NCBI RefSeq assembly: GCF_036321535.1
Contig: NC_087447.1
Span: 45,632,001-45,696,000 of the forward strand
Origin: Camelus dromedarius
Taxonomy: Eukaryota
Length of the DNA stretch: 64,000 bases
Reading direction: 5' to 3'
Shown: positions 10,761 to 23,980 of the stretch, in pieces
Layout: the number at the start of each line of letters is the position of its first letter
Numbering within the stretch: the first letter of the stretch is position 1
Made by a program: the position numbers and the translations under genes
The notes under the pieces: model-generated
What the model was told of the DNA's origin: nothing
Seen by the model: the letters and a program-made list of their open reading frames with translations, nothing else
Databases searched by the model: none

Positions 10761-13700
10761 TTTATGTATAGTAGGTTATGAAAAAACTGGTTATTTTATC
10801 AAGACAAGAACAGCCTGCACAATATTGAGGAGACAAAAGAAATCATGCAGAAGTGAAAACTCCCTGATGATAGAAATGAAAAAAAAATTCCACAAGAAGG
10901 TGAAAATTCCAGAGTTGAAGAGCTTTCTTCCATCTTCTTATATATAATATTGATCATAGCCAAAATACTAAAGTGGTATCATAAATAGTTTGTAGATTTC
11001 CACGCAGTTAGAAAATGTTACACAATTTTTTAAAAATCTTTTTGTATTGATTACTCATTTTCAGGCTTTGTGAATTAGTAGGAATAAAATGGGGTGAGCC
11101 TGGTACGTCTAAGTTACATTAAATACAGTTACTATGAGAAACAACCAGGGTGTGAGTTTGATGACCTTTAACTTTCAAAATAATCTAAATACAATCACAT
11201 AAAGGATTTTCTACTTCTCAGTTAACTGAGTTGAAGAGAAAGAAAAAATGTTAATAGGTGATATCCAACAGAAGCAAGAGGCCAGGGAGGAGGTTGGGAT
11301 ATTCTTTGTCTCATGACAAGAGGACTTACACTCTGTGTAAATTGATCAGATACTAAAGCTTTTTAAGGCTTACAATTTTCCTGTATTTCTTCTACTTTCC
11401 GTATCACTCAAACAACCCCACATCTCCGCAGACATAGATGGTTTCCTGTCTCATAATTATTCTCTTTTGTTTTCAGAAAACTAAAAAATGTTAGAGTTCT
11501 TTAGAACAGGCATCTGGGTGACTAGAATGCAGAATCATAGGAACCACCTTGCATATATGATAAATTAATTGAGGGCCATAAATAACAAGACCGTACTAAA
11601 CTACCTGTAAAATTCTTTCAAATCTGAATTACTTTAATCTAGCCCCGCCCCCCAGCTCTCCTTTTGTTGATGAAAAATTCTAAACACAGAGAACAGAAAT
11701 GGCATGGCAATGGACAGAAAAAAATTAATGACCAAAGCAGGATTTTAAAATGTCAGTCTATGTCCTGCTAAAATAAATACTTATTACAGCTTATCAACTC
11801 CCAGTTCCTAAACTGCAGGGACAGAAACTTATCTGGATAGAATTGAAGGCTGATTTGGCATGTGAGTGAGCTAATTGTATCTCTGTTTCCACCAACATTT
11901 CCAGCAGATGTTAACGGAAGAAGAGTTGCTAGGCCTTCCTGAGTGCCTGGGCTGATCCCAGAGCACCATTACCTTTCTGATTCCTCTAGAGTATTATTAT
12001 CATTCTGATTCCTAGGCTTCCTTCCCAGGAATGAGGCAGTCTTGGCCCTGGAAATTGGGTCAGAGAGTTCTCTGAATTCCAGAAGGAAGTGTCTGCCTGG
12101 AATGAGAATCAGGAAATATCTGACCTTGGGTTACATTCAGAGAAAGTTGAGTGTAAGCTCATGAGTGAGGTCAAGAGAATAGGAGAAATGGAGATTTCTT
12201 AAGATGTAGAAATGAAGAGCAATTATCTTTTCCATCCTCTGTTACCTGGCAAGATCTGTAGATGATGTAGTTTAGTTGAGGCTATTGTGTTGGTAAGTAT
12301 AATAATAACCTTGCTCCACCTCCTCTTCCTTTTCCCACTACTCCTATTATTATGTTCCCTCTCCTATTCTGCCTCCTACTGCTATTACTACAAAGAATGT
12401 TACTCCTGTTGCCTAGTATTTTATAGTCATTTTAAGCTTCAAATGAACCTCAAATACATTTTTTCAAGGACAGCAGTCTCTAATTTCTCCTGGTCATTAG
12501 ATATTTAATAATTCATCATGCTTTCTCCTGTTATTTGATAGGAGTTGGCACTAACTTTAGTGACAACACTTTTACTGTGTCACAGTGATCTAATCAGAAC
12601 CTCCAGATGACAAGATTTATAGGTTACTAGCAGTAATGGGTTATCCCTCAGCAGTTGGAGGATATTTCAAATGCAGGCTACTTTCTGACTGAGAGCTTTA
12701 GTTCACTCACTTGCCATAAAAAAATTATTAATTAACTAAGAGTACAATGTGGAGGTGGCAAACTGCCCTTCTGTAGCAAGCATGCAGGTTGCTGGGTCTT
12801 AGAATGGTAGTGACTAAAATACGAAGGTTTTTAACCTACTATTCTTCTAAGCAAGGCTCTGCTGCCTGCTCTCACTTTCAATCCTCATATGATACCATCA
12901 CCTTTTTGCTTGTTTATTTACTTATTTATGTTTTGTGGGGGGTTTTTTTGGTATTAAGTTGTTAGTAGTTGTTCAGCCTCAGAATTATTTGTCTGGCTTC
13001 AGTACATATACGAAATCAATTTGAACTGTGAAGAGAAGAAAATGCTTTCATGCACTATCAGTTATCATCATTTATTTTTCCTATTCTTTTTTCCTCCCAG
13101 TTCCTTCAGGAATTTTTTCTAAGGGCTGACATCTCTCCCTTCTTCCCATCTTGTTATCTCAACTTCTTTTCTCTACTTTCTGATTGTTCTCCATTTTATT
13201 CGTTTGTCATCTTTCTTGTCTTTCAATTCTTTCTTCTTTGTCTCCTTCCTTGCTTCCTTCCTTCCTTCCTTCTGCTTTCTCTTTTCCTTTCTCTCTTTTA
13301 TGGCTTTCTCTCTCAGTTTTCTCAGTGTCAGGTTTCCATAAATTATCCCCTCTTTCTGAAATATTTAACTTTCCCCTCTCTCCTTTCTTCAATATGCACA
13401 TATCAATTTGAAATTCTCATTGAAATAATATAATATCCTTTAGCCTGAAAACATCTCAGAGATATTCCTCATTATATTTTATAGCAAAGCTTTTGAAATA
13501 ATAGTAATAATATATATTATTATGAATAACATTTAAAAACAACATATATTAGTATAAATAATAACATATAAATTTTTTTTTCTTTTTAAGTCCCATATTA
13601 GAATGATTTAATCTTTATTTTTTTCTACTAGAATTCTTCTTGCAAAGAAATGCACTTTTCCCTTTTGACCCAGCAGTTCTACTACTTGGTATGTACTAAA

Positions 13701-15084
13701 GAGAAACACACATGAGTCCACAAGAAGTCTTGCATAATAATTTTTATAGCACTTTTTTCAGACTAGCCCTAATGACCCAAATGTCCATCAAAAGGATAAT
13801 GATTTATAATTATTCAGTTTGATGAAGTTTAACATACGTATACTGTGTAACCATCACCCAACGTAAGATGTAGAAAATTTTCAGTACCCGAGAGAGTTCC
13901 TTCATGTCAAATTCCAATCATTAGCCAAATCCCTTTCCACTCCAAACAACTATTTCTTATTTTTAATTACCACAGATTAATTTTACCTTGTCTTAGATTT
14001 TATTTGAATGTTAAATTGTAAATTGAAGCTAATTGAGTGAAAAATGAAATGAAGAGATTCAAGTAAACAGTTGGATATGGCAAAGGAAGAGTCTTGAAAC
14101 AAAAGTTGTGAGTAGTGTACATTTACATATCAGTCCAGTTCAAAACATGATATGGAATATTGTGGGAGAAGTAGAAGCAAGTTTGTTGGTATATATACAC
14201 ATGTATAAAAGTTAAAAGTGTTTGAAATGATTTAAGCAAGAAATAATGTAAACATTTGCATGTAGCAGTAGAATACACTAAAGACGTCCTCTTATTTACT
14301 CATGTCTCTATGAATATTTCGCCTTCTTACTACTTATCTTCCAACCATATAGTTCATGTAAAGCTCTCCAAAATTCTGAGCCACTTCATGAATGTGTGCA
14401 TTGTTTGGCCATAACTATTACCTGGCCTCCACTGATGCTACTTTAAAAAGAGACCTTCTCTACCTGGTGCATGGAGCTGTAGTGAGGAAGGAGTCAACAT
14501 GTTCAACTGTGCTATGCAGGCACAAACAGATGTTCAAGCTGTTACACTTGCCCTCTGTTGTCAGACCTTCAGTTCTGACATGATCTTTCAATGAAGTAGC
14601 CTATCTGGGATAGTGAGCCCTTAGTTGTGAGCCAGACACTTGAGGCTCCCTTACATAAATCTTTTCTCTTTACATAGTTGGAAAATGGCTTGTTCCAAAA
14701 TTGATAACAAAAACTATGTTTTCAAAGTTTTTGAATATATATTGAATTAAATACTCAATAAATGCATATGAAATGCACCTACGTATATGTCTGATACTTA
14801 ACGTCAACTTAAGTATATAGTGTAATGTAAACCAGTTTTTTCTGTGTTTCTAAAGGGTGTGAAATTTAGGCTTTGAGGGAAATTAGCAGTAAAGATATAC
14901 GGCAGTGTGGAATGGAGCCTTCTAGTACAATGCAAATAAGTGAGTTTAGCACCTCCATTGGAGAACCAATTGAAGACTAGTATGACAAGAGTAAATTCCA
15001 GAATCTGTCACTACTCCTGTTACCAGTGAATAGTTTAGTTTTTCAGTTTATTGACTGTAACTGTTAGAACTAATAAAGACCAGT

Positions 15085-16040
15085 TTCACAACAAAAAATC
15101 AATATAAAAATCATTGTATTTCTGTACATAAACAATGAATTATCCTAAAAGAAAATTAAGAAAACAGTCACATTCAAAATAGCAACAAAAAGAATAAAAT
15201 ACTTGAGAATAAACAACCAAAGAGGCACAAGATTTGTACACTGAAAATTATAAAATGTTTGAGAAATGAAGATAAAGATAAATGGAAAGACATCATGTTC
15301 AAGGATTAGAAGAATTAATATTGTTAAAATTTCCATACTATTCAAAGTGTAATCCCTATCAAAAATGTAATGTCATTCTTTGAAAAACAGAAAAAAAAAA
15401 CCCTAAAATTTATGTGGAAGCACAAAAGATCCCAAATAGTCAAAGCAATTTTGAGCAAGAAGAAAAATGGAGGCATTGCACTTCCTGGTATCAACATATA
15501 TTACACACCACAGTAATCAAAACAGTATAGAACTGGCATAAAAGCAAAAATAATAGATCAGTGAAACAGAATACACAACCCAGAAACAAATCCACACATC
15601 GATGGTCAACTGACATTCTACAAGGGTGCCAAAACACAATGGGAAAAGGATAGTCTCTTCAATAAATGGTGCTGGGAAAATTAGATATCCACATGCAGAA
15701 GAATGAAAGTAGGAGCCTTNNNNNNNNNNNNNNNNNNNNNNNNNNNNNNNNNNNNNNNNNNNNNNNNNNNNNNNNNNNNNNNNNNNNNNNNNNNNNNNNN
15801 NNNNNNNNNNNNNNNNNNNNNNNNNNNNNNNNNNNNNNNNNNNNNNNNNNNNNNNNNTCAAAGCACAGCCAACACAAGCAAAAATGAATGAGTGGAGTTG
15901 GATCAAACTAAAAATTCTGCACAGCAAAGAAAACAATCAACAGAGTGAAAAGACAATCTATGGAACGGGCAGAAATATTTGCAAGCCACATACTTCATTA
16001 GAGGTTAATACCCAAAATATATGAGGAATTCATATACCTC
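15085..16040 (+). mobile_element. L1 ORF2 3' fragment with an internal N-gap
   Basis: aaatagcaacaaaaagaataaaatacttg; tggaaagacatcatgttc; aataaatggtgctgggaaaa; atcaaactaaaa. Confidence 0.9.
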
Positions 16041-16311
16041 AAGGAAATTAAATCACTCTCTGGATTCACGTTATAATTAAATTGGGTTAATCAAAGGAAT
16101 AAAGAATATGTTATTTGTCTTTTCAGTCCCCTTCAGGATTTTAGGTCCTGTTAAGTGGTTGGCAAATTAAATTATATCATATTACTGACGGATGGCTACA
16201 CTGGGAGCTAAATTCTGAGGAAATGCACAGGTAAATTACTAACTCACAAATTATGTGGATTATCAATCATTACCAAGTATATAAAATAGTCTCCTTTCTG
16301 ACAGTGACTCT

Positions 16312-16449
16312 ACAAGGACCCATTTGTTAAATATTATTCTTGCTTATCCTCTGAGAATATTACACTGAGGCTGATACACAACAAGGACCCATTTGTCAAA
16401 TGTTATTCTTGCTTGTCCTCTGAGAATATTACACTGAGGCTGCTACATA
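16312..16449. repeat. 69-bp tandem duplication (2 copies)
   Basis: acaaggacccatttg...acactgaggctgatacaca is repeated at 16312 and 16381 with about 5 mismatches. Confidence 0.95.
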
Positions 16450-19400
16450 TAGAAGCGTGTCTTTGGGTTGCTTGTTGACTCTGAGTCAGTTTCTTGTGTG
16501 ACCTAATCAGAGTTGTTATGAAGTAGAGAAGGGTAGAGAAAAGGGGCTAACCTGAGTGATCTCAGTACAATTTTATAGGACATGATACTCCTCCAAACAC
16601 CACCTTCTTATTTTCTGAATGATCTAAATTCAAAAGAGGAGAAATAAATCTTTGAGCAGAGGAAATAAACATTTCTTATTCTCAATGTATGAAATGATGA
16701 AAGAGCCATATATTAGGAGGCAGAGATCTTTTTTAAGGATCTCATGGAAGTGAGTATTATCTCTCCTTTAGGAATTATTTTATATTCCATGACATATTCA
16801 AAGAAATAAAACATGGGTGGCAAGAATATGGATACCTTGTGACATCTGGACTCATGTACAGGTTGGTATTTTCAAGAGGATGTTACTATAGTGATCATAT
16901 CATGTGCTTGTAAAAAAAAAGTTCTTTGGAAACCAATGTGTGTATCCATTAGTATATGCACTTTTTATCTTTTGCAGTGTTCTGTATTGTATCTATGCAC
17001 CCATAATATATTTATTGAGCATCTAATAAGTCAAAGATAGTAGTCTAGACGTTGGATTATAAAATTCCCTGTACATGTATTATGTATTTTTTTACCCTTG
17101 GAATCTCAGCTATTGTGTACTCTTTGAGTCCAAACTACAGAAAATTTCAATTTGTTGTGTTATAGTTGTTCTTCCTAATGGAACTTATTGCTTTTATCTT
17201 TTGGATATCTGTATCTATATATCTATGTAATATATATGATATATACACACCTCCATATATATATATATGTATGTATGTCACATATGTACTTATTTATATA
17301 TATGTGAATTTCAGTTCCCAAGACCAGAAGTCACATTTTTTTTAGATTCCATTCTAGGTGCCATTTATTCAAGCAGTCTTTCTCTCAGTCACAAAAATTA
17401 ATTAGGCTTATTGCTGTTATTTCTGTAGAATGCATATCCCACTCATGATGATTTACTGCCTTATAAATTACTTCTTTACAGTCTGTTTTATAAGGTTAAT
17501 CACTCAAAAAGCCGTATCTGTGCAGTTTGAGAGTTTTTCACTAGAGAAAAACCTAGGTTTAGTAAATGTAGATGCCTAGAAAATAATCCATCAATTAGTG
17601 GTTATTTGGAGAATTTAAGTGTGTTTACATGATTCTTGCAAGCATATGAAAGAATAAGTATGTACTTTTTATGAGTGCGTATTATATTTATAAGGACTTG
17701 TTTAAGACGTTAAGAAGTGTATTTATCCTCAAGAGCTGATGGCATTACAACTCAGGGTCGCTGCCTTGATGGAAGATGAAGGAGAACAGAAAACTTGTAA
17801 CCAAGGGTGTCTCTACAGCCAAATAATTTGTAGCATCATAAAGAGTCCTTTTCTTTAACCCTCCCAACCCCTGCCTCCACACTCACCCATGGGCTTATCC
17901 CCATGGGTTCTCTGCCATGGAGGCTCAACCCTCCACTGAAATCATGAGAAGTGTAAAGAAATATGCTTTATTCAGTAAATGATATTTTGGATATCATTAG
18001 GTCAATTTATCAATCAAGTAAATGAACTGCTCTGTGTGTGTCAGAATGTGGGTCTCTGGAGAAATAAATGAAGGAGCACAAGGAGGGTTGATCTCCATAG
18101 TGAATTAACCTAAGTCTAAGAAACTGAGTATGAGAAGGTAGTGAATGGTGTTAATGTTAAGAAACATGTAATTCATATATATATATATGTATGTATTACA
18201 TATATAGTGTAACCACACATGTATGTATATATTAGTCTCATGTATATGATGTTGTTTATATATTTTTCAAAAGAACATACAATAATGTCTTTATTTTGAG
18301 GGTACACAATAGGAAAAACATAGGAAAAAAGTGACATCATAGTAATACACTATACTTCATATTACTCACATGCAGTATGGCAAATGAGATCCAGAAAGCA
18401 TGGACTATATCATTCTTATTTAACAACCCATTGCAAGGGTGTTAGTAATCATGTTCACATCTGGAAGTATTCCAAGGGCTATCACAGTCTTACAACATGT
18501 AGTCCTATGAATTTTTATTTGTCCAGATTTAATATGTAACTCCAGAAGCTTGATTGCCTGCATTTTAACTTTCTTCCTCTTAAATCAGGAGATAGATATT
18601 ATTTATTTCTATTCTCTAAATCATTTAAGAGCGTGAGTTGTGCATTCTTCTACCTAAAACAAGAGTCCTTTCAATAACTCCCCAAAGGTTTTACAAGGTC
18701 TCTACTTGATGACTTACAGTGAAAGGAGGTCTACTCACTCGAGAGAGATACTGACTAAGAGATTGAAGAGGACATTTTCAAAGTCCTACTCCATCTAAAA
18801 TAGTTTCTGATTATCACTGATGTGAAAGCAACCCATAGAGAGAAGTTAAAGCTCAAAATGGGTTTGGAAGGCACTTCTGCATCTGAGGAGTAATATACTG
18901 CATTATTCAGCTTGGGGAATCTGAAGCGTACTCTCTTTAGGCTCCAATTTATCAAAAATCATATATCCATAGTTTAAATATAACTGTGTATCTCTTATGT
19001 TTGACACTGGATTTGGCATTTGGAAATGTGTGTATATGTTAGCAATATAATTTTCAAATAGGTATCAATAGGAAGGAGTGGAAAGGAAAAATAAACTAAA
19101 TACTATGTAGTAAATGGTATGAAAAACTTACAGTGAGTGATGGATAAAAATATACCAAGTTAGTTATCTACAACGGATTTGTCACCATATAATCAATGGA
19201 AAATTTGATATTTTTCACAAAGTTCTGATAGAAGAAAATGAAGCAGAGAATTTTAGAATATTCACAAGATAATTATTTATGCAAATGATGTTTTTCTAAA
19301 ATGGACAGAAGGAAAAGTGAAGGCAGTTATTAATACGGAGAAATTGCCTTCATCTCCTGCGACTTTTTCTCTTGATTTGTTAAGTTCCAAAAACACTGAC

Positions 19401-19996
19401 ATTCACGTCTATTTCTATTTGTTCTTGCTTCACAGCAATTTTTCTCACTATTTCCATTCCCAGAATGTGTACTATCCTAGATGGAGTGTGAGCTCCATCA
19501 TTCAGATGCCAGCTTATATGTACAATTCTAATCACCCACACATACCAGTTATTCTTCATTGTTATAATGCTTTTCTTGTAGAGTGTACCCTCCATGAGAA
19601 AAATATCTGATTTGTGTGTTACTTTATTTCCAGTGCCTAGAACATGATTGGTTGTACAGTAACTTGTTAATAAACAGTTGTTGAATAAACAGGGAATCCT
19701 TTTACTGGAAGTGGATGGATAAGATGACTTATATACTCCTATGAAAATATTAAATTATGTATGAATTATCTTTTTGTATTTCAAAACAGAGTATTTGATA
19801 TGATGTTACACACTTTATTTCTCTGCTCCTAGGGAATTTAAATACACCTGATTATGAATTTGAACTGTTTTTTAACAGCAGATCATTAGGGATATTCCTG
19901 AGCTCAATCTCCATGTTTTCAGTATCTGGTTGTGATCATCTTGGCATAGCAACTTTATCTTCAGAAGTACTGATGAAAAGCAAAGGAAAGACCATA

Positions 19997-20941
19997 ATGC
20001 CTCCTCTCAATACTTCTCATCGCTCTCCTGTAACCTTCTTGCTGATGGGTATCCCAGGACTAGAGCACCTGCATGTCTGGATTGGGATTCCCTTCTGCTC
20101 CATGTACGTGGTGGCCCTGGTGGGGAACGTGGCCATTCTGGCCGTGGTGAGGGCAGAACGAAGCCTGCATGAGCCTATGTTCCTCTTCCTCTGCATGCTC
20201 TCAATCACTGACCTGGTCCTCTCCACATCTACACTGCCCCGCATGCTCTGTCTCTTCTGGCTTGGAGCCCATGACATTGCCTTTGATGCCTGCCTGACCC
20301 AGATGTTCTTCATTCACAGCTTTACTACCATGGAATCGGGTTTTTTCCTGGCCATGGCCATTGACCGTTATGTGGCCATTTGTCATCCACTGCACCATAC
20401 CACCATTCTCACCCATGCGCGCATCACTGTAATGGGTATCATTGTGGTGATTCGGGGGGTAGCCTTCTTTTCCCCACATCCCATTCTGCTCAGACAGCTG
20501 CCTTACTGTAGAACACGAATCATTGCCCACACCTACTGTGAGTTTATGGCTGTCCTGAAGCTGGCGTGTGTGGACATAGGAGCCACCTCACGTTATAGCC
20601 TCAGTGTGGCTTCTATCATTGGTTCATGTGATGCAGTTCTTATTGCTGTGTCCTATGTCTTCATCCTCCACTCTGTATTCCACCTGCCATCCCGAGATGC
20701 TACCTTTAAGGCTCTGGGCACATGTGGATCCCATGTTTGTGTCATTCTTGTCTTCTACTCCACAGCTGGTTTTTCCATTTTCACTCATCGTTTCGGGAAA
20801 AATGTGCCTGCACATATTCATATTTTTATTGCAAATATGTACCTTTTGGTGCCCCCTTTTCTCAATCCTATTGTGTATGGAATAAGGACCAAGAAATTAC
20901 GGGAGCATGTTTTTAAGTTGCTGCCTGTTAAAGTTGCCTGA
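19997..20941 (+). CDS. OR52Z-like class I olfactory receptor, intact, 314 aa from MPPLNTS
   Basis: The ORF 19913..20941 carries GIPGLE, LHEPMFLFL, MAIDRYVAICHPL, HTYCEFMAV, KALGTCGSH and PPFLNPIVYG. The ATG at 19997 aligns with the paralogue start and precedes the N-glycosylation sequon NTS. In-frame upstream ATGs lie at 19913 and 19973. Confidence 0.95.
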   Translation: MPPLNTSHRSPVTFLLMGIPGLEHLHVWIGIPFCSMYVVALVGNVAILAVVRAERSLHEPMFLFLCMLSITDLVLSTSTLPRMLCLFWLGAHDIAFDACLTQMFFIHSFTTMESGFFLAMAIDRYVAICHPLHHTTILTHARITVMGIIVVIRGVAFFSPHPILLRQLPYCRTRIIAHTYCEFMAVLKLACVDIGATSRYSLSVASIIGSCDAVLIAVSYVFILHSVFHLPSRDATFKALGTCGSHVCVILVFYSTAGFSIFTHRFGKNVPAHIHIFIANMYLLVPPFLNPIVYGIRTKKLREHVFKLLPVKVA

Positions 20942-22405
20942 TTGTAGCTGGATCAATAAAAGACATGGTTCAAGATATACAGAAATACAAGAGATGATGT
21001 GGAGAAAATAATTAACTGCTGTGACTTCCATAAGCTGAATTGCATTAACCACCTGAAAGTTGTTATTTATCAGATGTCTAGAATAGCTAGGAATTCTCAC
21101 TCAACAAAGTATTTTAGCTTTTCATTTAGTAAATATTGGTGACAAACTTGTTAATTTCATGCTAGGTATGTACGCTTTAGAAGTAGGCACAATAGGGAAT
21201 GAATAGTAGGTAGAAGGAAGAAAAACTGAAGTAGATACTTCCCCTCCCCCCCTTAAAATGGAAGAGCTATCTCAGATCTAAATGCTGAATTTTATAGACT
21301 AGGCAGTTTGAAAAAAATTTTAAGCCATATATATGGCTGTGATTTTTTAGAACAGGTAATAGATGTTGTAGCTCTAGTCTGATTGAATCAAATTAAAGTC
21401 TTGAGATAAATAAATAGGACTCATAGTAACACACAAAGACAGAACAAAGATAATTAAGAAGAAATGAGCATTTTCCTCAAGGAAAACAAAAACAAAATAT
21501 GAATTAATAAATTCATAAACATGAATTTTTGTGAAGGTGCCACCATTGGTGTTAGAGCTTCAAAGGTTTTTACAGCAACTTTGATAAAATAAAGCAATAT
21601 CCTGGATTCTACTGACTGGAAAAATGTAATTCGTATATTCCAAATTTGATATCTACTAGCAAAAATTACCAAACTACCAGATTACCATCTGCACTGAGTT
21701 TTCCTCTTTGATTACTTGACTTGGAACCGGTATCAAGACACAAAATGTGAAATCTCTTTATCAGCAGAGTCAAAATATCACCCCTTTTTTTGCCTTAATA
21801 CCTAGGACTAGCTTCCTTCTTTGTTCATTTTGTTTCTCAGATTTTATTAGTTTCCCAGCTATATATTTCTCTTCTTTAAAAAAATATTATCTAAGAACTA
21901 TGGAATATTTGTTTTCCTGGAAGCCATCAAAAAAAGGAGTCTGATACTTGTGCTCTGAAACTTTCCCCCACCCCTGGCTTATTTATCCTAGGGAACTTAC
22001 ATCAATAGCTAAACACAAAGACTAACATCTGTGCATTCACCAGTTACTCTATAGTTTAACTATAGGTTGATTGTACATTTTTCTGTTTTGGAAAACTAAA
22101 GATATTTGGCACTATTCTCTTGACACAGGAATTCAGGAATGGAAGCAATTTGAAAGCTACATTAATGAATGCAATTTAAACATGGTAGGTTTGAGATTCA
22201 TGTAGAATATTAAATTGTATAGGCCCTGAGGGAGAATGTCTCAGCTAAGGTAGATATTCATGTATCTTTATCATATAAATGGTGGTAGTTGTGGGGTCTA
22301 TTATGAGTAAATTCACTCAAGTAACAATTACATAATGATAAAATTAAGACAATCTGAAAAATGCTGACATTTTTGCTTCCATGAGAAGGATAAGTAATAC
22401 CCTCA

Positions 22406-22725
22406 ATGTTAGGTCTTAATAGAATCAATTTATCAATTTTCATCCAACCACCTTTCTCCTTATTAGAAACCCAGAGCAGGAGGCTTCCCATCACACCTGG
22501 GATTTCCATCCCATCTGCCTAGTCTTTCTAAGCTACCTTCTTGCTCTGACTGGGAATTGTGTCCTTGTGTTCATCATCAAGACAGACCCCAGTCTGCCTG
22601 AACCCACTTATGTCTTCCTCTGCATGCTCTCTGTAAATGACCTGATGTTTAAGGATCTCTTTCCCTAATCCTCACTTTCCTCCTTGTCACTGAGAGAGAT
22701 CAATTTTAAAGCTTACCCTACTTAG
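22406..22725 (+). pseudogene. Decayed 5' fragment of a class I OR gene (N-terminus to start of TM3)
   Basis: Translation from 22441 gives HPTTFLLI...SYLLALTGNCVLVFIIKTDPSLPEPTYVFLCMLSVNDL, and 22693-22725 gives REINFKAYPT*. These match the TM1 GN motif, LHEPMY and REISFxACLTQ, with indels and stops. No recognisable 3' half follows. Confidence 0.85.
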
Positions 22726-23789
22726 GTATCATGCATCTACCATGAGACCACAGAAAGACAACAGTGATTACCCATGAGAAAGAATGAAAAATTACCAGAG
22801 CAAAATAATTGAATTACAAGACAGGGTAGCTTGTATCACACAAGTGGAGAAGTTGGCCTTTGTAAGGACAAAGACAGTTCATTCATAGCAGCAGAAAGTC
22901 AGTGGTACTTGAGCTCTGAGGCAGACAGATGTGTAGACAAGGATCTTCCCTTTCCTCTTTTTTTCTCTCAGTGAAATTGGAATCGAGGTCATCATCTAAA
23001 CATGGGGTTGCGGGAAGAGTGACAGAGGTTTGAATTAAGAGAACATATAAAATAATTTTGAGGAGACTGAGAATTTAAGAGACTCCAAAATTATATATAG
23101 CATTAGGGGCCCACTTGATATAGTAAATGTGAATTCAGAGTGAGACCAGAAGCTTGGTTGCAGAAAATATTTTCTATAGCACAAGTGCAAGCATGGAGTG
23201 GTCTGTTATATAAATGAGCTAAAGATTGCCTCTGTATATAGGCCTTTCTGATCTAGAGACTGCTTATCTTAGAGTCTATGAGATTGATATCCCCACGATT
23301 GTATAGATTACAACCTGTGTGACTGCGTATAAACACCTAGACTGGCCTTGTACTTATTTTAAAACATTTACCAATATGATAAACAAGACAGTGGAAGAAC
23401 ACAAACTGCAATAGAAGTATAAAACATAAGCATAATTTAATGTTAAAAAATAGTCCTCCTTGAAGTAGTGACATTCCATTATAAACTTAAAATGAGTGAG
23501 AGATGAGAAGGCATGGGTGAGAGAGATGGGGAAAGTATTAAAGGCAGAAGCAAAACCATGAAACAGAATTTAAAGGAGACAGTGAAAAAAGTCTGGTCTT
23601 TTGTTTTTCCTGCTGTGTAGCACAAAGCGATGCCAGAAGGGTAATAGGGACCAGATTATGGTCATTTTGGATATTATCAATTATAATCCGTAGAATTTAA
23701 CCACTTCATATAAGAAAGAATATAGACTTTAATTCAGTCAGATTTCATCTTAAAATCTTGGTCATATAGTAGTTAAGTAAATAAAATGT

Positions 23790-23980
23790 GGATTCAGAGA
23801 TACCTGAATTCAGATCCTGATGTCACCCTTCACTTGCTATAGAATTTTACCTAAATCATTTAATCTGTCAGTCTCTGTTTCCTAATCTGTTTAGTGGTAA
23901 TTTTCTATTTCCAAAGGCTGTTTTGAAGATCAGTGAGAGAAAGGACTTTAAGCACTTAATGTAGGACCTAGAAAACAATG
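23790..23980. mobile_element. MIR SINE
   Basis: acctgaattcagatcctgatgtcacccttcacttgcta...aaatcatttaatctgtcagtctctgtttcctaatctg. Confidence 0.7.

Noticed and set aside
13050-13433. 127-aa hydrophobic ORF and the opposite-strand charged ORF
   Set aside because: They arise from CT-rich low-complexity sequence.
16312-16449. CRISPR-like or other repeat-spacer array (also 42878-42950)
   Set aside because: These are head-to-tail duplications without spacers in a mammalian genome.
19913-19996. 28-aa N-terminal extension of the 20 kb OR
   Set aside because: The paralogue has no such extension, and the first ATG probably lies at or upstream of a splice acceptor (ttttcAG at 19921-19922).
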